64,000 nt of DNA from Zygnema circumcarinatum SAG 698-1b (Eukaryota > Plantae > Zygnematophyceae): the NCBI GenBank assembly GCA_037447605.1, contig CM074823.1, positions 248,001 through 312,000 of the forward strand, written 5' to 3'. Shown here in pieces: positions 54,967 to 64,000 of the stretch. Both the position numbers and the translations under genes were made by a program. How positions within the stretch are numbered: position 1 is the stretch's first letter; the number at the start of each line of letters is the position of its first letter. Below the pieces are notes generated by a model. It saw only the letters and a list, made by a program, of their open reading frames with translations. It ran no database searches and had not been told where the DNA came from.

Positions 54967-55779
54967 TCAAAGTGAAGCTAAACGGGCGATCCATGTATTC
55001 ACTCTACACCAACCTCTCAACTTCTCCGCTCCCCTTTAACAGAACTATAATCTTCATTCACACATAGAACACTTGGTAACGTCAGCATGTCAACATACTA
55101 CGACATGCATAGAGAAGCTGTCTCCCCCTCTCTACCTCCGTCTCCCTCTATACCTTTCTACATCCCTCTCCCTCCGGCCATAACCTCCTCTCCCTCTCCC
55201 TCCACCTCTCTCTCTTCTGTGCCTTTTTATTTACCTCCTCCCCTCTCCCGTTCTACTCTCTCCACTTTGTCTCCCACTTTGCCCACAGAAAACTTTCATC
55301 CCCAAACTCAGATAGTGCGACTTCTCTCCCTCTCGCAATTCCCCCTTCCACATCGTCACCTCCTTCTCTTCCCTCCCCTCTCTTTCCCTCTCTCCTCCCT
55401 TCACCCCTCCGCCTCTTCCTCTCCACCTCTCTCCTTCCCCCTTCTGCCTCTCCCCTTTCTCACTCCCTATACTCCCCTCTCCCCTTCCCCCCTCTGTCGA
55501 TCCCCTTTCTCTCTCCCTCATCTCTCCTCTCTCCTTCCCCCCTCTGCCCCTCTCTCCCTCATCTCTCCTCTCTCCTTCCCCCCTCTGCCTCTCCCCTTTC
55601 TCTCTCTCTCCCTCTCCTCTCCTATCTCCTTCCCGCCTCTGCCTCTCCACTTTCTCCCTCCCTCTCCCCTTCCTCTCTCACTCCCTCTCCTCTCCTCACC
55701 TTCCCCCTCTGCCTCTCCCCTTCCTCTCTCCCTCTCCTCCCCTCCCCCCCCCCGCCCCCTTTCTCCCCCCCCTCCTCCC

Positions 55780-58248
<2,469 letters not shown>

Positions 58249-58519
58249 CTAAAACCTGAACCCTAAAATGCTAAACCCTAAAGTCCGAACTTTCAGACCC
58301 TAAAAGAACCCGAAGCTGCGGATCACCTCAAAAGCCTTGGAATGTTAAACGTTAAAACCCGAGGAACAACCCAAAACCCTATGCTAAAACCCTCCAATGG
58401 GGTTCGAGATACTCTGTAGAAGGGCCAAATGGAGGCTTAAACCCTAAGAAAGTTCGAAAACCCTAAAATTCCCTCAGCCCCCGGAAACCACTTGGTGACC
58501 CTCGGAAATATCCTGGAAT

Positions 58520-58633
58520 CCTATGTGGCAGGTCTTCTGGTCCACGTGGCAGGTCCTATGGTCCAGGTCCACGTGGCAGGCCTTCTGGTCCTACGTGGCA
58601 GGTCTTATGGTCCTACGTGGCAGGTCCTACGGT
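58520..58633 (+). promoter_or_regulatory. Five-copy ~22-bp repeat containing the ABRE consensus YACGTGGC upstream of WDR5
   Basis: Unit CTACGTGGCAGGTCTTATGGTC; cores at 58523 (variant), 58543, 58570, 58592, 58614. Confidence 0.55.
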
Positions 58634-60493
58634 CTCGATATTCAAAAGACAGCAAATCGCGGCCGGGATAGAGAGGGTTTAGGGTTTAAGGATTAGGGTT
58701 TTATGTACTACACAAGGCCTCGGGGGGGAGGAGGAGGAGGTAGGGTTTGGGTTTAAGGGATTAAAGGGGTTCAGATTAGGGTTCAGAAATTTAGGGTTTT
58801 GGCAGATACTGCGCCTCGCGGCCGCATGACGCTAACTGGAACCATGGAACTACATGGAACGGGGCGGCGGCTTGCACGTGTGAGGGGTCGTCGCACGTGT
58901 GAAGGGGCGCGCGCGCAGAGGGAAGGGGCAGGGAGGGAGGGTTTTACCGGTACATGAAAACGACGACGCGGGAAACGTCAAAAAGGGGTTAGGGTTTAGG
59001 ATTTCAGGGTTTAGGGTTTTTACAAAGTTTGGAAAGCTCGTTTTTTGGAGGGAAAAAACTGTACGGCTGTACGGTACGGTTAAAGATTCGAATGTCACGT
59101 CACATGGATGGACAGAGCGGTGACGGTACGAACTAGACAAATCTGTACGGATAGAAACAGTTTGGCCAATGGAATGTTGCCACGTCAGCACGTTTGTACG
59201 TGTCAAGTTTTGATTGGTGTTTCCCTGACACGTGTACATTCATTCCACGTGGCGTATTTCCAGTGGCTTAGGGTGGGTTTCCATCAGCCCGTTTCGTAAC
59301 AAGCTCGTTACGGTCCACGTAGGACGCCGTTTTGCAGATAAAATGACGAGTTCCATCAAAACGCCGTTTTCCAATCAGCGATCGCCACGTGCACAATTTG
59401 AAGCGTGCGCCGTGGCCCACAGCGGTTACCGTCCGCGCGTCGCCGCGGACAGTTTTTTAGGGTTTGCAGGAGGCGACGGCCGCCGCCATTACAGCCGCCA
59501 CTTCCCCTCCCTTCTCTTCCCTCCTTCCCTGCCTTTCGCAGCAACGCCATTCGCGGCGTTTGCCTCGCAATTCAAGAGAATTAAATATTATTGTTGTGGT
59601 GGAAGTTGTGGAAAGGACATGTGACNNNNNNNNNNGTGGAAAGGACATTTGACAACATACGTCTCTCTTTTCGTTTTTTTCCTTCTCCAAAATGCAAGCA
59701 TAAAAAAATGAAAAGAATGAGAATGAAAGCAAAAATCTGACAGTGAAAATTTGCCAATCACGTACTCAAATTAATTAAACAAAAAGAATAATAATAATTA
59801 CAATCCTAATCAATTGCTTCTAAAGCGCGGAGGAGCGGCGACACAACCATTAGACCTTCACCACAGAGTGCGATCTCCCTCCTCCCTTTAATAGAAAATC
59901 TCCATCGGTGCGAGAAGTAAAGGGAGAGCCCCCCCCTCTCCCGGCATGCTCCAGAGCCGTCTCCAAACCCTAATCCTAAGGCGAGAATGGGAAGAGAGGC
60001 CCCTCGGTGCTTCATCCCCTGTCTGTTTTAGGGTTAAGCACCGGAGCTTAACTCCGCAGCCCTCCCTCTTGCAACGAGCTTCTACGTCGTTTGGCTGACT
60101 GGCTCATGGAACGCCCGTTGTCCGTTCGCAGGCACTCGGGCTTCTCCTCGTGGTTTTTCAGATAAGTCGGCAGCCATGGCTGCACCTTGGGAAGCTTCCT
60201 CGGCGCTGAAGCGACCTGGGACCACGACCGGCGGTCACCGAGCGTTGACGGCTTCCAGCCAGCGTGGCAGTCGCACGCTGGCGGATCTTTGGTAGCCACG
60301 TGGCGGCACGCGAATGGTCGTAATGGCGTTACACCACCTCCGGAGCAGCATTCTGTGGAACGGTGCTCGTTACCACGTGGCAGCCACGTCGGCGCCACGT
60401 TGGCGGAAACGGCCTCATGGAACCCATGGGTCGTCGTCCATTACGACGCCACGTCGGAATAACGGGCTGATGGAAACCCACCCTTATCGTATT

Positions 60494-60770
60494 TAAGGAC
60501 ATTTTCGATCGAGGTCGCTGGTTCGAACCCCGATATCACACCACCCGTAGTTCTCCGAAGCTCGGTTGAGGTCGCGACTCGCGAGTTCGAACCCGAACAC
60601 CGCACGGATTTGGCGTCTCTGAACCCCAGTCTCGAGGTCGCGGGTTCGGACCCCGACATACATGATTTAAGGGCATTTTCGATCGAGGTCGCGGGTTCGA
60701 AACCCAACACCGCACCAGCTCCGCCAGTCTCTGAAACCCCAGTCTCGAGAACCACTGAACCCCAAGCGCT
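60494..60770 (+). repeat. Repeat with four tRNA T-arm/B-box-like motifs upstream of DUF1350
   Basis: GAGGTCGC(G/T)GGTTCGAA-CCC-like motifs at 60511, 60568, 60634, 60685, arranged in a ~175-bp duplicated unit. No complete cloverleaf. Confidence 0.65.
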
Positions 60771-60828
60771 CGCACGTGCTAAAACTTCCTCCCCGCCAAC
60801 CGGCGTCGTTCCCCGCACGTGCGAAGCC

Positions 60829-63700
60829 ATGGCTTCCGCTCTCCTCGCCGCTCCGTGCCTATCGGCTCGCAGCGCCACGTGGCTCACTTCCGAGCGCCAC
60901 GTGTCGCGATCCTGCCGCGTGTCCTCTCCCTCGTACTCCCCAAACCCTAATTTGGCACGAACTTTCCGCGAAGCTCCTCGCCAGGGTTCAGCAATGACAC
61001 AAGTTGCCTTTTTATTTTTTTATTTTAATTAATTGATTTATTTCTTATTTATTTTGTGCCACGTGGCAGGGGTTCACAGCGTGCGCGCTTTGTAGGGTTT
61101 AAGGTGTCATGTCACGCCGCCGTACGGGAGAGAGTGGCGGACTCTTTTGTCGTTATTCCCACGGAGCTGCCACGTGGCGGCCTTCCAAAGGGGTTGATCC
61201 ATTTCTTAGGAGGCGCATTCATCGGAGCGACGCCAGATGTCACTTACAGGTTGGACCCCTAATTTTAAATCTCTGAACCCTAATTTTAAATCTCTGAACC
61301 CTAATTTTAAGTCTCTGAACCTTAATTTTAAATCTCTGAACCCTAATTTTCAACCCCTCTGAACCCTAATTTTTAGCCTCCGAACCCATTCTAGTTTCTG
61401 TACCCGAACCCTATATAACTGAAACCTTAATCCCAATTGTGAATCCCAACCTTAATGTGTGACCCCAAATGTTGATTTCTGAAATAATCCTCTAACGCCT
61501 TCTTTTCCATTTTCTGTTCCTGTTTTTACTTGCTTTTAGTTATTTAATCGACCGCCTTGCTGACGACGGCTATCTTGTCGTTGCCACTCCGTACAACGTC
61601 ACGTTTGACCATCTTGACTGCGCCGCCACCATCCAATCACGGTTTGCCACGTGTCGCGAGCGCCTCCTCGGAGGGGCGTTGACTTTTGGCGGATGGAACG
61701 GACCGGAGCTCGCGGACCTCCCGGTGTACGGAGTCGGCCACAGGTTTGAAAACCCGCTCGTGGTTTCTGGTTTCTGGTTTTTAGGGTAAAGGTTTAGGGT
61801 TTAGGATTTAGGGTTTAGGGTTTAGGTTTTTAGGGTAATGGTTTAGGGTTTAAGATTGAGGTTTTTAGGGTAATGGTTTAGGGTTTAGGGTTTAGGGCTG
61901 AGGTTCGAGGGTTTAGAGTTGAGAGTTGGGGGGTTAAGGTTATGTGAAGAAGGGGTTTCAAGTGGCGTTCTATGTAACACGCTCCGTGCAACGGATTCCG
62001 TGTGCAGCAACGGAGCGCTCATGCACGTGCTCATGGGATGCCTCTTTGATAAAGAATCGCTTCCCTCGGTATGCCCCCTCTCCCTCCCTCCCTCCCTCGC
62101 TCTCACTCTCTCCCTCCCCCTCTCTCTCTCTCTCAAACCCCTTTCCCTCTCCCTTTCTCTCACTTTCCCTCCTCTCTCTCTCTCTGTCCCTTCTCTCTCC
62201 CTTCCTCTCTCCCTCTCTTTCTCTCTCTCTCGCTTTCTTCATGATGGGACCTTTGCTCTGTTTTTTTCAGTTTGGGGGGCATTTTAATTACGCTTCTTCA
62301 ACCCCTTTTTTTTTTTTAATAGTTTACGCATGTCGACAGGGAAATCTTATCTTCTTTCTTACTATTGTCTCTTAACAGTCAATTTTTCCTTTTTTTTTTT
62401 GGTGAATTTTCAGGCTAACGTTCTGATCTCCTACAACAACAAGCCGGCTTCCGAAGCAGTTCCTTTTTTCGACCAAGTGTGAACACCTCCTCGCTTAGTT
62501 ACAGAGGGAGGGAGGGAAAAAATATGCATTCTCATGTATCGGGATATAACAAGATATATCGAGATATCTTTACATCTCAGTATCCCCCAATATTGGGATA
62601 TATCTCAAACATTTCCCCCTATATCTAGACCTACCTATAGAGAGAGAGAGGGAGAGAGAGAGAGGGGGGGGGAGAGAGAGAGAGAGAGAGAGAGCTAGAG
62701 ATGAGATGAGATGAGATATATCGCGATATATCTCGATATCATTGCACAAAGTTCAACATACCTCGTTCGATCAAACTTAATTCATGCATACAAAAGCCCT
62801 AAATCTTTTTTCTGCCCTTGTGCCATGTGGCGTGTACAGATTGGCCCGTTCTTCAAGCAGGCAGCGCCTGCAATCGAGGCTTTTCCTTTGACAGGAATCG
62901 CACTCAGCTTTGCAGGTCAGGCCGTGTCTCCGTAAACCTTAAACCCTAAAATACCACCTTAAGTAACCCTTAAAGAAACCTTAATAACCTCCCTCCCTCC
63001 TCCCTCCCTCTCCCTCCATCCCTCTCCCTCCCTCCCTCCTTCCTCCCTCCCTCTTTCCTCCCTCCCTTCCTCCCTCCCTTCCTCCCTCCCTCCCCCTCTC
63101 TCCCTCTCTCTCCCTCCCTCCCTCCCTCCCTCCCTCCCTCTCCCTCCCTCCCCCCCGTCCCCCCCTCTCTCCCTTCCCACTTCCTTCCCTCCCTCCCTCC
63201 NNNNNNNNNNCCCTCCCTCTCCCTCCCTTCCCCTCTTCCCCCCCTCCCTCCCTTCCCACTTCCCTCCCTCCCTCCCTATTTTTGTTATTTTTTCAAACGT
63301 CATTTTTTTTGGGAAGGAGTGGCATTACGCAGAGCAGGCGTTGCAGGAGCTGGAGCGAGCCAATCTGCCGCTGCCACGTGGCATCGCTCCGGAGGATCTC
63401 GAGCCTCTCTCCCGATTCGCCGATCAGATTGCCCCGGTCTTCGGGCAGGTAAAAAAAAAAAAAAACCTCGTCTGAAGTTTATTTTTTGATTTTTTTCTGA
63501 CAGGAAACAAGTACCAGCTAAACGATTAAATTCAAGTTTCTTTTTAGTTTTTTATTTTTTCGAAAAAATTGTTAAATGCCATGATTTTTAAGTCTGTGCT
63601 GACGTGGCAGGTGAGGGAGGGCGTCTCTGAGTTTCGTCCGACCCCGTCCGAAAATCGACGAAATATCGCTTTGTCGTATTCGGTCCCGAAAAACCTTCTG
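60829..63700 (+). CDS. Plastid-targeted alpha/beta-hydrolase-fold protein, DUF1350 family (3' end beyond window)
   Basis: Ser/Arg/Ala-rich transit peptide; IHFLGGAFIGATPDVTY, GYLVVATPYNVTFDH, LPVYGVGHSNGAL, NVLISYNNKPA, EFRPTPSEN. Exons about 60829-60985, about 61096-61249, 61540-61743, 62008-62068, 62414-62476, 62840-62915, 63333-63448, 63611-63700. The first junction is ambiguous. Confidence 0.87.
61257..61385. repeat. 21-bp tandem array (CCCTAATTTTAAATCTCTGAA), 4 good plus 2 degenerate copies
   Basis: Begins 7 nt into DUF1350 intron 2. Confidence 0.88.
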
Positions 63701-63714
63701 GTAACACAACCCCT

Positions 63715-64000
63715 GAAACCTAAAATCCCTAAAACCCTAAACCCCTGAAAACCCTGAAAACCCTAAAAGCTCTAAACCCTAAAAACCCTAAAAGCCTAAA
63801 GCCGCTAGCCGCTTTTCGAAACCCTAGAACCCTAGAAACCCTGGGAATGCAGAAACCCTGGAAACCCTGAAACCCCTCAAAACCCTAAAACCCTAATCTC
63901 AAACCCTTAAAACCCTCAAACTCTAAAACCCTAAATCCTTAAATCTCTAAAACCTTAAAACCCTAAAACTCTAAAACTCTAAATCCTTAAATCCCTAAAC
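63715..64000. repeat. Degenerate (AACCCTAAA)n nine-mer tract in a DUF1350 intron
   Basis: Follows the donor at 63701; similar to 28410-28565. Confidence 0.85.

Noticed and set aside
60494-60770. Functional tRNA genes
   Set aside because: Only T-arm-like halves are present; no acceptor stem, D-arm or anticodon arm could be folded.
59232-60887. Extra small genes between WDR5 and DUF1350 (ORFs 59232-59624, 60048-60398, 60441-60887)
   Set aside because: No recognisable domain or consistent splice chain, interrupted by a gap, and rich in promoter motifs. An unannotated transcript cannot be excluded.
63715-64000. True chromosome end
   Set aside because: The tract is degenerate, follows a splice donor, and DUF1350 is incomplete, so it is intronic.

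Overview
Eukaryotic nuclear DNA from a green-plant lineage. A streptophyte alga is the likeliest source, inferred from the plant-type gene set, TTTAGGG-type repeats and GC-rich exons. The draft scaffold has 12 ten-N gaps. Ten intron-containing genes can be built by hand from splice sites and recognisable protein motifs: U-box/ARM E3 ligase (+), NDOR1/ATR3 diflavin reductase (-), eIF2B-gamma (+), DUF7138/EDA12-like protein (-), stand-alone Sec7 ARF-GEF (+), CCDC124/Lso2 (-), an unrecognised helical protein (+), subtilase (+), WDR5 (-) and a plastid DUF1350 hydrolase (+, runs off the window). Nearly all long ORFs in the ORF track are artefacts of CT/GA microsatellites and telomere-like arrays that fill the introns. 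Two gap-flanked duplications (18481-21000, 43692-47573) look like assembly artefacts. The strongest unexplained signal is a fixed-spacing composite, CCAAT-N9-CCACG (ERSE-like). I found 13 exact and about 17 one-mismatch copies in promoters, introns, coding exons, at splice acceptors and in the centre of a foldback transposon. Other highlights are two related ~1-kb foldback elements with 8-bp TSDs, a helically phased ACCGACA array, a tRNA T-arm/B-box array, GTAC clusters in the promoters, and complementary telomere-like introns flanking single exons. All exon coordinates and counts were read by eye and need RNA-seq or computational confirmation.
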